Source: Kondoa subrosea (taxonomy: Eukaryota). From it: 64,000 nucleotides of DNA. Below are positions 38,363 through 51,200 of the stretch, one piece after another. A program made the position numbers and the translations under genes. Under the pieces are notes generated by a model. That model ran no database searches and was not told the DNA's origin. It saw only the letters and a list, made by a program, of their open reading frames with translations. Each line of letters starts with the position of its first letter. Positions within the stretch are counted from its first letter, which is position 1. The DNA lies in assembly GCA_039545335.1 (NCBI GenBank), contig BCIN01000003.1:186001-250000 (forward strand), read 5' to 3'.

Positions 38363-40028
38363 ATGTCTGAACACCCTGTGCGTGCTGTAATCTGAGTTCA
38401 GAATAGCAGCATACTGATTGCGGAGGCTCGGGCAGATCACTGATGCTGTGAGTTTGCGATATTCATTGAATGAAGCGAAGTTCGTGCATTGAGTTAACGG
38501 GAACTTTTCTCTCGCGCCAGACCACTGCAGGAGCATCCGAAGAAGGTCACAAGGTCCGCAACAAGATTAGCGGAAGCAGACAGACGGTCTTGATGATCAG
38601 TGGTAATTGTACAGGTCTTTGTTGGAAATCTTAGCTTCAACACCGATAGCCAGAACTTGAAGGATCTCTTCGCTGGTAAAGGCAACATGTGAGTTACTCA
38701 ACTGTCATGCTGTATGCTCTGCTTAGGCAAGAGTTTGTACTCACAGCAAAGACGCCCAGATCATTTCGTGCGCTGTTCCGCTTCACAAGTTGAAGTATAT
38801 ACTGATCAGTCCAACAGTCGAGGACGTCGCTCTCTTGGCTATGGTTTCGTCACTTTCGAGTCTGAAGCTGACGCAGCTGCTGCTATCTCATCTGTTGACA
38901 AGACCGAATTGAATGGTCGCGTCATCAATTGCGAGGTAAAATAGGCTTTGCTTCGCTGCCTTCTATCTTGATCTGATGCCTGTGGTTAGATCGCTAAACC
39001 ACCTTCCAATACTAAGCGTCAGTTCACAGCTTCCTTTTGTCTATCGAGACTCAGGTTTGCTGTGTTGAACGACAGGCGGCAACATTGCTCAAGAAGCTGC
39101 TGCAGCTGCTGGAGGTGAAGCTTCAACTGCTGAATATGAGACTACTTCTGCTCCTCGTCGTGGAGCTAGACGTGGAAGAGGTGCTCGCGTGCGTTTTTTT
39201 GGGCATCTGTGCAGTGTGAATTGCTGAGATGGCTTTCATCGTACAGCGAGGTGGAAGAGGCGGACGTCGACCTGCTGCTGATGGTGAAGCTGAACCTGCA
39301 GGTGATCTGACCGAACAAATGGGTAACCTTCAAGTCAACAACAACAAAGAAAGTGCTCGAATTGATGATCAACAACCAAACGAGAATGGTCAAGTTGAGT
39401 CTACTGGTGGTCGTGGCGGTCGTGGACGTCGAGGAAGAGGACGTGGTGGAAGAGGCAGAGGTTCTTCTGACCGTCCTCCTCGTGCTTTGACTGGCGAAGA
39501 GTCAAAGACCATGGTCTTTGTTGCCAACTTGCCTTTCTCTTACGATGAGTGAGTACAAGTGTTGTCGTGTTTTTTGAGACCGGACTGATATTCTGCTCAG
39601 TGCTGCTCTTAAGAACATCTTCCAAGTCAGTTTGCTTCTCGCTTGTGCGAGTAGTGAATCTGTTCTGATATACCGCAAATCGATATAGGGCTATAACATT
39701 CAGACTGCCACTGTTGTAACCAGAAAGCGCGGTCCTGCTGAAGGCAAGAGCAAGGGTTTCGGTTTCGTTGATGTACGGCTTGCAGAGTTTCCCGTATCGG
39801 CTTGTGCTGATTGGATAAACTCTATGCCATACAGTTCAGCAGCCAAGAGGAACAGAAGAAGGCTGTTGAGCAATTCGGTAGCTTTGAGATTGATGGCAGA
39901 GTGAGTTCTGATTTGGCAATGATTCATACCACCAACTGAGCGTCTTCAATTAGGAAATTCAATGCAAGATCGCTATGGAATCTACTGCTCAAGATCAACA
40001 AGTGCAGCAAGAGACTGCTGCTGAGTAA
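38363..40028 (+). CDS. Two-RRM, RGG-box RNA/ssDNA-binding protein (Sbp1/Tcg1-like)
   Basis: KVFVGNLSF, RSLGYGFVTF, GGRGGRGRRGRGRGGRGRG, MVFVANLPF, KSKGFGFVD. Confidence 0.85.
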
Positions 40029-40270
40029 ATCGTCGGCAGCATCATAGGGATAATGCAAAGGGAATATTGACTGAACAAGTCGAAGCCGAACGAGAATCAA
40101 TGCATCACGTTGAAATAGTCCTCCTCCTGCGACAAGCTCCTGTTCTCGTGAGGCTTCGATGGTATTTCCTTGGTATTTCTGTCGAGTAATTTGTCTTTGT
40201 TTGCTTTTGAGTTTATACACTGACCTATACTATATCGTCATTGCGCTGTTCTCATAGCTCTCAGTAGTCT

Positions 40271-41681
40271 ATGAACGCTCCTATTATCCTACCGAAAGTA
40301 CTGAGGTGTGCCCCTCCCTTGTAGCACTCGAAATTCGCGTTTTGAGCATCTGCATTCGCTTCCTGCAGAGAGAAAGGACTCAATTGGCTCATTGCACCTC
40401 TGACACCTGAATTCTATCGAACGACAAAGATGTGGGCTCGACCAAAACTAGTACAGTCGCCCGTAGAGGCCTACAAGACTTTCGAGAAGATCAATAATGT
40501 GGTAGCATTGGAGTGTGCTTCCTCCTACCGGGATGTCAAGATATCGACTGACTGAACAATACAGTGGAACCTGGTTCATGCCTGGAGTAGATCGAAATCC
40601 ACTCAAGGAGTTCCAAGAAGGTCATATCATCAAAGGTCGATTTTGGGATCAAGATAAAATAGCTAGCCAACACCCTTTGGGTTTATCGCATATGTTACCT
40701 ACACCTGAAGTCTTTGCTGAAACATGTGGGAAATTGGGAATCAACGAACACACTTGGGTTTATTGCTATGACTCGCAAGGCTTCTTCAGCGCTCCCAGAT
40801 TAGCTTGGACTTTTCATGCTATGGGTCATCATCATGTTGCCATCATCAATGGTGAGCATTGTCTTTCTCAAAGAGTCGATAGGATCTGACAACTAACTAT
40901 TGTCGATAATCGATAAGGTGGATTTCCCCGATGGAGAGCGGAAGGCTTGCCTATGGAACATCAGCTACCGCGAAATCATACACTCTATGACGATCACGCG
41001 CCTAGAATATATCCTTTACCTAAAGTGCATACGGAACGCGTTCGGAACTATGAAGAGATGATCAATGTCAATACAACGGAGGAAGTGATCTTGTGAGTTG
41101 CATCCATTATCCATTGGATCGTACTCTGACCGTTTTGTAGTGATGCTCGACCTAAAGCGCGCTTTACTGGTATGTGCTTGCAAAGTATCAAGTTTCTACT
41201 GTCCGACGCAATTTTCCAGGCGAGAGCAATGAACCACGACCTGGAATCCCATCAGGTCACATGCCAAATTCTATCAGTCTACCATTCACCGAACTGCTCA
41301 TGGATGTTGCTACTGATCACCCTCAATATCCTAAATATACTATACTGAAACCGAAAGAAGAACTGGAAGTGATCTTTAGAGAACGATTAGGTGGACAAGA
41401 GAATTGGGAGAAGCTTCTGTATGGTGAAGTTCGTCCTGGCGCAAGACTCGTATGTTGAAAGTCTGCTAATTGAATGATGTAGATGACGGCTGTGACTACA
41501 TGTGGCTCCGGAATGACGGCTGCTGTGATTTGGGCGGCATTATGGACCTGTCTAGCGGAGAAGATAGCGCTGTATGATGAAGTGCGTTTGCCGAGCTTAC
41601 AGTCGATCGCGGCTGAGACAGAAGTAGAGCTGGACGGGGTATGCTCAAAGGGCGGAAAGCAAGATACTGAAAGGCGAATAG
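40271..41681 (+). CDS. TUM1: 3-mercaptopyruvate/thiosulfate sulfurtransferase (tandem rhodanese)
   Basis: LDGTWFMP, HPLGLSHMLP, YDSQGFFSAPR, INGGFPRW, DARPKARFTG..EPRPGIPSGHMPNS, active loop TTCGSGMTAA, LYDESWTGYA. Confidence 0.92.
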
Positions 41682-42549
41682 TGACACTATCTCTCAGCAG
41701 GAGTATGATTCGCATGCATCTGGATAATAACATCTGGCATTGTGAGTTGTAAGCACGGCATTTTGCCTGTTAGACTCTGATATAGTTTTTAGATCAAGCC
41801 AACTCAGGCTGTCCTAGTGACTTTAATTCAGCATTGCTGTTCTGCTTGAACCACTGTAATTGTCTCTCGTTTCGATTGGCTCCATCCTTCCTTGACGTCA
41901 GCCCCAGACTTTGGCTTCTGTCGCTTCTTATATATCGTGATTTTCGATTCTGTTGCATGGCATTGTTGCGGTTCTCAGCATGCAATTGACATCCTTTGTC
42001 TCTGGGAACAGTTTCGGCTTATGCGATGCACTCTACAGCTTCCTGAGCTCAAGAGCCTCGCAACAGGACGATTAGTCGCTGAGCAATTCATCGACCTGAG
42101 GACATGTATCATAACATAAGTCTCGGTAGCGAGATCTAACCGTGTCATTACCATATTATTGTGTACTTGCCATCTGTACACAGAGTAGACCTTATCCGTG
42201 CCGCTGTTAGCATTCGCTCTCTTCTTTAGCACTGGCGCACTTCTCGATCAAATGACATTTTTAAAGACAAACCCTTCTTGACGTGCTACGGCCATCGCGC
42301 TGGGCTTTCCACAGTTCAGCACGCCGCAACAGAGACTCGCACTGTATTGATCTCCCTCGTCTTTCTGAGAAGAAACCCTTGATCTCGACATTGGAAGCTG
42401 TGTCAATGTTCCATCGCGTTGTGCTCATTTTTCTTTTTTGACCAATATAACGGCTCGTTCTTGATCTTCCCTGACCTGGCTCAGCGTATGCGCTGTCCAT
42501 AGTGGTCAGGGTGGATCTTCGCGCTGAGCTCTGTTCATAGAACGCTACA

Positions 42550-43300
42550 ATGGGATCTAACGCTCCGAACCCCAGTCCAATAACACGGAGTATAGTCGAG
42601 GCGGTGGTCGAGGAACAGCAAGTGCTAGGTCATCGTTTGCCTTCCATCAAGGATACCGAAATTGCACAAATCGCCGCAAATGCTAACGCACGCAGAGTTT
42701 CATCTCCTACATCACAAGATTTGGAAGCAGATATCATCAAGACAGTGGGAGACGCCATTCTCCGAGGCGAAGTCACATTCATGTGTCATATGAAATGGAA
42801 ACACGCTAGCCCGGATATATTGACTGTGAGCTTTTGTCACGGCAAGAGACGACCCGTAGCTGAAATGTTACGGCAGAACCTTCGGTACCACCTGACCAGC
42901 AATCAAATACTATCATATATTGCCAGCGCCTATGAATTAGATAAAACTGTTAGAAGACCTGTTCCTGGTGGCTGTCGACGACTGAAAGCTATGGCAGATC
43001 TTCTGGAGATACGCCTAGGAGCTTTGCGAGAGGAGCGTCGCTTTCGAGAGATCGAGGAATGGGTGTTTCACGTAATGGGTGGAATCGCCGAACGCACCTA
43101 TGATGATATCGTAGAACTTCGAGAGCAGGAGAAGGAAGGGCTATGTCGAAGAAGACAAGCACGAGCGCAATCAGGTGCTGCACCTCCTGAACATGTATAC
43201 ATATCAGCTGACACGCTTGACAGGTGATACAGTTCCGAACGACCAAAGTACTACTTCGTCTGATGCGAAAAGAAGAAAGAAAAGGAAATGGCAATGATTA
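42550..43300 (+). CDS. Hypothetical orphan protein (3' end uncertain)
   Basis: 225-aa ATG-initiated ORF 42550-43227 with plausible composition; no family recognised. Confidence 0.45.
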
Positions 43301-43912
43301 GCGACAAGCGATGGTCAGTTCAAGTGTTGTTTTAGGAGGCAATATTCTCTACAGACTGCTGGTCAGTAAGCCTTAGATTTTACCTTCCTAACGTCTCTTT
43401 CTTCCTCTTGAGAACGGCACACTGCCGGACTGACGGAAATCTGCCGTTCCTCCGCGAGTGTGTTACTTTGTTGCTGCAACTCATAGCATTTTGCTTCGTT
43501 GTGATTTGGTTTCGGGACCTTTATTATATTCAATGATATGGTCCAGTCTCTATCTTTGTTTGTTAGCTAGCGTAGCTCTCTTGGTCCTGTCTTGTCTTGC
43601 TCGCTTATCTTCCATATCTCTTTCTTTCTCCGGTCATGTAATCAATATGACGCATCACGGATTTGTATTACAAATGTCACTAAGTCTCTTTGCTTGATCA
43701 CCTGCACAGCGGAGAAGCTAATTGAAATGTTGTAATCTCGCAATTGGCTTCTACCTTGCTTTCGTTATTGGGTTTTTTGTACCTTTTGCGGTCTTGGACT
43801 TTCCAAAAATGTGGTCGTATCCAGCTTCTTTTCCCTGCTTCAAGTCCTTTGCTTGGGACAGTCCATGCAACAGAAGCTATAGCCCTTCAAGCTTAGCTTA
43901 AGCACTTCGACA

Positions 43913-44396
43913 TCTTGCATTGCATTGATACGTTCTACCATTCGATGACTTATGCTCGCGAGACCTAGTCCGAGCGATTTGATGGCTTCACTCGTTTCAC
44001 ATAGATAATTGGGTTTGCCAATATCAGAAGTCATGTTTCTCCTTCCCTAAGTCGCAGGAGAGAAAAGAGAAGAAAAGTTCGACGAGCTCAAAGTGAGACT
44101 TCGGAAACAGCTTGATAGAAGAAGAAAGGAAAGTAAGAGATGTGTACCGCACGCCACGGAAACAGGCTGTAGTAGTTCTTCTTCTTCTTCTGCTTGCAGA
44201 TCGGGCAACGCTGATGCCGGACAACCCTGGTCAGCGAAAAGGGGTAAGAAGCGATTTGCCAGAGCGAAGGGCACTCCACTGTGACCTCGTGCTCACAGGC
44301 AAAAGGTCACAGCGATTCGGATACAACAGTCAACTCATTCATATCAGATTATGATATGAAACCGAAGCAAAAAACAATGCAATGTGTGGTTGCATC
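43913..44396 (-). repeat. Inverted repeat copy A (~485 bp)
   Basis: Reverse complement aligns along its length with 57374-57863, with scattered substitutions and indels; both encode MTS(D/G)xGKPxYLCETSEAIKS..LASISHRMVERINAMQ. Confidence 0.92.
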
Positions 44397-44743
44397 CAAG
44401 ATTGAGGGGTTATAATTGAACGGATATTTATGGAGATGAACCAAGAGCGAGGCTGCTGTGGTCGCCTGCGATGTGAAGGGTCGCAAGGGTCGAACAGAGT
44501 GGTGGATGCGGAAGGCGACTGGAAATGAAACTCCAAGTCCATTTTGTAAGCTGCGGGATTTTTTGGCGCCGCAAAAACAAGAGGTGCGTTTCCTCGCGTC
44601 GTTCCTCAGTCGTTCCTGAAGCAGACGTTGTTCCTGCCCCCAAAAACATGGAAGCCAGGGCAAAAAAAAGTAGAAACGACTTGAACGACTGTAATGGGGC
44701 AAAGTAAGTAATGAATAATGTTACTAAGTCGGAACTCACGATT

Positions 44744-45400
44744 TGAACTCGCGCACGGAGACCGTATACAGTAGAATGCTAGGTGATAGCAGCCATACCC
44801 CTTAACCACTCGGGCATCAAGTCTTCTGAAACCACACTTTACAANTTCTTCCCTAAGGAATCGGTGGCAAATTGTGGCGAACCAGTTACCTGGTTGCTTG
44901 TTCTTTCTTCGAAGTCATCTAGACACATCCGGACGTTTGTGCTTGTGTTTGTCAAGCGTTTTCGTTTTTTTTTCGCGCGAATCGCCTTTGTCTGAGGCAA
45001 AATGGGTTTCATCTCGGTGAGGAGAAAGAGACTTAACGAGAGGATTGCAGTCGGCAGCCAAAAGAGGCGACTATCACCAATTATAGTCGAAATTTCCCTC
45101 TTCTTGTTCCTGACCATGACTTTCCCGATCAATGACTCGCAAACCTATGTGAAGACTGGTTTGTGCTCCTCACTTCTTGTGCACGTCGATACTTACGTTA
45201 CTTACTCCAGTACACGCTTGGAATCAACGCTACCAAGCTACTGTCATTGTACCTTCTACTGCACTAGCCGACAAGCCTCGAATTGCCGCTTCAGTAGCTT
45301 CTTCTGATATGCTCGATGAAGGAAACAACAACAGCGGCGATGCGATCTTAGTCAATTGTCTTGGACAAGCTTTCGAAGACGCAGATCAGGTCGGCATTCA
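44744..45400 (+). repeat. Direct repeat copy 1 (partner 47336-47992)
   Basis: 44744-45314 appears identical to 47336-47906 apart from an N at 44845 (matching ORF translations, constant 2592-nt offset); the last ~85 bp are diverged. Confidence 0.93.
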
Positions 45401-47335
45401 TCGCAAATACTGGAATGCGGATGACGGATTGGATTTCGTTTCCCAGTTAATCATTGACAATGAAGAACGCACTCCTTCTTTGACTGCGGTTAAGAGCAAG
45501 TGAGTCGGTCGCTTCAAAATTTGATTCCTGCCGACACGAGATAGACACTGGGCCTTGGCTGCTTGTTCTGCTTTGTTTAAGTATATGGAGCTGAAACTAT
45601 ACACTGCTTTCCCGTCGCTTCTGCTCGAATCCGCTTTGTTGCTCTTGATGGTGAGTGTTTACTTCCAATTTATCGCAAATGCCCAAGTGCAAAACAGGTA
45701 CTATGCTTATTGATTAAGAAACTTTCACTCGCCTGGAATTGGCTCAGAATGTGCGTCCACCCTTCCCTTATCTGTCAATCAAGATAGTGATCAAGAACGG
45801 GTTTCCACAGATCCTTGACCCGCGATCCAAACAATCTCTTTTTGGTTTGCTCGACCATTGCACTACTAAAATGGCTACCAGATTACTTCGAAACTCCATT
45901 CTAAGTCCTTCTGTCGATACCGCTACTATCGAAAACCGCTTGGATACAGTCAGCGAGCTAGTCAGCGAGCTAGTCAGCCACCATATTCGGTAACATGGTT
46001 TGCTCAGGATGGTCTACATAACGAAGAGCGCTACCATGCTATTCGAAAAGCACTTGCACCTCTGACTTCGATGGATTACGACAATAGTCGAATCAATAGT
46101 CATGGCTCGACCTCACGCGAAATCGAAATCTGGTGATCCGGCTAAAGAAAGTGAACGCAAAATCAACCTGATGCTACATTTACGCACTGTAGTCAAAGCT
46201 TTGCCTGCGTTACGTGCTGCCCTGAACGGAGCGACTTCGACTCTGCTTACTGCAGTGGCTAAAGCGGTTGATGACGAACGACCGGAAGCGATGGCATACA
46301 AGATTGACGAGACGATCGATGATGCTGCTCAAGGCAATCTAGCCAAAGGACCTTTATCTGTCAGTAATGCTAGAGCCTATGCTATCAAGGCTTCCAGCAA
46401 GAGAATGCTGGAAGTTGCTGGAGCTGCTTATCAGGGAGCCATGTTGGACCTTGTTGGTGAGACTAAGCTTCGATACAGCTAGTGTATAGCTTACAAGGCT
46501 CCGCAATTATAGAGATGACCAAGCAATTGGCTGCTGAGCACGAATACCCTTCTTTAACGACTGTCTATACCGGAATCCATGGCTTTGTCTTTTCTGTGGA
46601 TCGCACAGAAGGGGAAGAACAAGCTCCACCTAAAAGCTTTATTGGTGCTGTTAAGAATGCCAAGAAGGTACAATGCAGCTCTCTTGATCTTAGCAAGCGA
46701 AACGAGAAGATTGTTGGTCTTTCCCATTTTGCGTCGCGAATTGCTCAAACTAAATTTTCCGAACAGTCACAAGTACTAGAAGAGATCTTCATGCTTTCAG
46801 ATGAAATCATGGACGAATTGATGGCCGACATCGTTTGCGATATTGCTGCGCCCTATCGCATCAATGAAGCGATTTTCATGCTTGACTTCCTGTCTTCTTT
46901 GGCCAAAATCGCTACTACTCAAAATTATGTCCGACCCGAATTCTCACCTTGTGCTTTAGCGACCAAAGCCGGCCGACATCCTTTGTGCGAGCGATTTCAG
47001 CAGAACGAATTTTTTCAGCCGGATGACACTTTCGTTGACAAAGCTACCTCTTTTCAGATCAATACTGGTGCACATTGCAGGCGCGGAGAAACGATCAGTC
47101 AAATTGTTCTGAGCTGATTAAACGTTGCAGCGGAAAATCTACCTACATCAGACAAGTCGCTCTTTTGGTTGTCATGTCTCAAATCGGCAGCTTCATTCCA
47201 GCAGATTCCATGTCTTGTCCTATCTTTGACTGCTTGCTATCGAGTCTCTCCAATGATGATGCATTTGATCAGAACTTGCGTTACTGTCTAGTGTGCACAT
47301 TGTGATCACATTCTATCCAACATTGCTCACAGCCC
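45040..47335 (+). pseudogene. MSH4: MutS-gamma meiotic crossover gene, disrupted and 3'-truncated
   Basis: INDSQTYVKT, RKYWN...GLDFVSQL, ALAACSALFKY, SLFGLLDHCTTKMATRLLRNSIL, YVRPEF..KAGRHP, SGKSTYIRQVALLVVMSQIGSFIPA. Frameshift ~45613, TAA 45715-45717 in TMLID*E, 12-bp duplication 45949-45972; ends before the DELGRG motif. Confidence 0.85.
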
Positions 47336-47992
47336 TGAACTCGCGCACGGAGACCGTATACAGTAGAATGCTAGGTGATAGCAGCCATACCCCTTAACCA
47401 CTCGGGCATCAAGTCTTCTGAAACCACACTTTACAATTTCTTCCCTAAGGAATCGGTGGCAAATTGTGGCGAACCAGTTACCTGGTTGCTTGTTCTTTCT
47501 TCGAAGTCATCTAGACACATCCGGACGTTTGTGCTTGTGTTTGTCAAGCGTTTTCGTTTTTTTTTCGCGCGAATCGCCTTTGTCTGAGGCAAAATGGGTT
47601 TCATCTCGGTGAGGAGAAAGAGACTTAACGAGAGGATTGCAGTCGGCAGCCAAAAGAGGCGACTATCACCAATTATAGTCGAAATTTCCCTCTTCTTGTT
47701 CCTGACCATGACTTTCCCGATCAATGACTCGCAAACCTATGTGAAGACTGGTTTGTGCTCCTCACTTCTTGTGCACGTCGATACTTACGTTACTTACTCC
47801 AGTACACGCTTGGAATCAACGCTACCAAGCTACTGTCATTGTACCTTCTACTGCACTAGCCGACAAGCCTCGAATTGCCGCTTCAGTAGCTTCTTCTGAT
47901 ATGCTCAATGAGGGGAACAACAACAGCGATGCGATCTTAGTGAATTGTTGTCTTGAAAAAGCTTTCGAAGATGCAGGTCAGGTGGGCATTCA
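47336..47992 (+). repeat. Direct repeat copy 2, containing a second 5' MSH4 fragment
   Basis: Matches 44744-45400 and begins where the main MSH4 copy is cut off. Confidence 0.93.
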
Positions 47993-48238
47993 ATAGCACC
48001 TGTGAAGTTGCGAGCAATTTGCGACATTCGAACATCATTCTGTTCCACAGATGTGCACTCAAAGAAGAGATACGATAAAGCCATAGCGTTTCTCTCAGAG
48101 CCGAATACATGGTAATCTGGATTACAAGCTGTTCTACTGATCGTCCCGTACTGGATATGATCAGACGGAGCATCTTATCAATGCTAAATATCATTTTCCC
48201 TGTACCTTTGCTGCACTCGGCATCGATCTGCCACAAAA

Positions 48239-51200
48239 TTACTCCTCCGCGTTCAGAGCACTTAATAGAGCTCCCAAAGCAACGTATCCGAAGGACCTAG
48301 ACCCGAATACATCCGCAACGAGCGATATCTGCCAAGCGGCTAGCGCTTCTTCTGCACTTAAGTCGTCTGCAAAGTCCTTGACCAAGTCTTCTGATTGCTC
48401 TTTAAGTCGCCGAGTTGCATCTTGACGCTTTCTAGGCTGAGAGGTTTGCGCCATAACTAAATCGCCTTCAGACCAGCTAACAGTGTCATTCACCAATACG
48501 TACTGACTCCCATGAATGCCTCTTCTTCACTCAAGAGACCAGTCCGAAGGGAATTCGTGGCGCAAATAGGCCGCAATTCGCGCGTAAACGCTACGAATAA
48601 TCCATCGCCACATCGATAGTCTCTTCGGTGATCTTGAGGTAGTGTACTAGTCGGATAAGAGAGTCATAGCTGAACGGCAGATCGTGATTCGCAAATCTTT
48701 TGCCTTGAGCTGTCTCGAGCCGCAACTTTATGATTGCAGGATCAGCTTCTCTGACAGCAGATTCTTTCGTAGCTTTGGGTGTATCTGGTAAGTGAACGCA
48801 TCGGTAGAGCTTGCCAAGGATGTTTGATGATTCGTAGAAGGAACGCTTGTTTGCTGTCTCTCCGGCGAGGAAGTCTGGTTTAAGTCGTTTCGGCGCTTGA
48901 TACTCGATGAGCTCTTGCTTCTGTACTGGAGTTCCAGATCTACAAGCAGAATATATGAAAACAATCGATGTAGATTAGGACAAACCTACTTTGGGAAATC
49001 CACAGCTTTACTAGCCAAACCTGCCAAAGCTTTACATTTATCTGACCACGAGCCAGCTTCTTCTTGATCAGCAACATGTAGCCTTTGAATGCTGATTAGA
49101 CCAAGCAAGTCATTCTCGACGTAATCGCAAAAGAAATCGCAGAGATCATCACTTATACAGTTGCGAGCGAGCTTTTTCAAAGTGACAGGGGGATAAGAAG
49201 CAGCAGGATGGACATGAACTGGATGCAAGCGCTTGTCCAGTATGAGATTGTATAGATCTCCGCTTGACAGAGAGTCAGCTCCGTTATTTCACGGGCCCAT
49301 GGGCAGCTCACTATAGATCTCCTCCACCCAAACAGGACGCAAGCGAGCGATATCCTATATCTCGTTATTGACAAATTTGTGATAACGAAATCAATTTACC
49401 TTGAGTCGAAAAGAATACACAATTTGGTGCATAGACCAGACCTTGTGCTGTCAGACTCTCTACTTGAGAGAAAGCCAGGCACATTTGGACATCGCCTGAT
49501 TCCATAAGCATTCAAGAAAATAAAGCACGAGTGAATTTACCCTGCAGTATATTTGAGCGCATATGGAGTGAACAGCTTGATGTCAGACTTACTGGATACT
49601 CTGTCGGACTTCTAGAAATAGCTATTCTACCATTCAACGTTCTCGCATCTCCTTGTCCTTCAATTCGCGCATAAATGCACCCTTCTGGAATGAAGTCGTA
49701 AGGATCAGGAACACCAACAAGGGTCAGCGCATCCGGCACCAAGACTCTTGCTTTGTGCTTGATGTTGCGGAGCACATGTGTAATCACAAATTCATGAGCC
49801 GTCTCAAGAAAAGGGTCTTCGATGGTCGAATCTGCGTCGCCAATGTCCAGTCCCAAGAAGCGAAGAATATTTAGCAGCAAAGAAGAGATCCGGAAAGATG
49901 TGCCCAATCCGTTTGAGTCGAGGAAGTTCACTACCTGCTTGATTGAGTATTTGGACTGATTTGCGGCACGGATGGCTTGTTGCTGAAGTTCCAGAAAGAT
50001 ATGATCCGGAACTCCTCCGTCACTCAGTATGCCGATGACGGAGCGATATAGAAAGAAAGCCAAAGGTCTAGTAAATGTAGAAGCGACTTCGAGCGTCACT
50101 AAATAATCACCATCAGCTTCGGCTACAAAATAACAGAGGAAATACGATGACTTACTCACGTTGGCAGCAAATTTGATCATGCTGGGACGCAAGCATACCA
50201 TAGTACCCTTCAATCGCGAATCTAGTACCAGCATGCCCTCTATCGATATGAACAGATGAGTAGGTTCATACACAAAGGCAGAAGTCACGTACTAGCTCCT
50301 CCGATTCTGACTTGCAAAGTTTGCACTTCCCTCAACAAGCGTTTCTTGGACCGACTGGATTGTCTGCCTGCCATTGCCGCCCCAGCTAGCCTGAAGACCT
50401 CCAGACTTGCAGTACCAGCGCCATCAGTGAAGCATGAGCCATTCCTTTCGATATCTGGTATTATCTTGACTTTATTTTTCTGGAGTACTGTCTGAGTTGA
50501 TTCAGTGGTCGTAAAGTTTTGACTGAGGCGAGCACCATATCTTGCTGGACAAATTGATGACTGTTTGATAGTCGCCGCTGTGATCGCGAATAGTTCGAGC
50601 TGTCACCAAGCCATACCGTCCGTGGATGAATGGTGCAACGAAGTAGACAGTCTGTTCTAGCGCGGAAGTACTCAGTACAAATATCGGAAGCGATTACCAA
50701 TCAAGCCAACTCACCGTGCAAAGCCTGGTTATAAGATTCCTATCAGCAGCTAAAATAGCTCAGCGATTATACGAACGCTCATAGTCCATCCAAGCATCTC
50801 AAAGTGAAATGGACCTAGTTGTATACCGGCCTTCATCCTATCGCCTACGCATTGTTTGATGAACAGGGTGTTGTCAAGATCGCGATCATAAGGAGAACGG
50901 TAGTTCAGACGGTCTTCGTCCAGAAAGGAAACTCTTAAGAAATGGTCTTGAAAGTCAGCATATTTCCTTAAGATAGAGTTGGTCTGTTCTGGGAAAGGAC
51001 CCTCTATGTATTGAGCGCAGGGAGTAACGATGAGATGACGGGCTTCGAAAGTTCCTTCGTTTGGCTTTCTTCTGATGTCGTACTTCTGTTCACTCGTCAA
51101 AGTTTCAAGGAAAAGTTGCGGTACATCAATAGACTTCTGATAAGAATCGCCAATGACTGGTTTAGGAATCTTGTCGGTCATTATTGCCAGACTTCGACAG

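Noticed and set aside
41794..42500. Short ORFs between TUM1 and the 42550 orphan
   Set aside because: No recognisable motifs and no consistent splice model.
50341..50400. Suspected second frameshift in the RdRP
   Set aside because: Re-reading shows the frame is continuous (SLEVFRLAGAAMAGR...LQVRIGGA).
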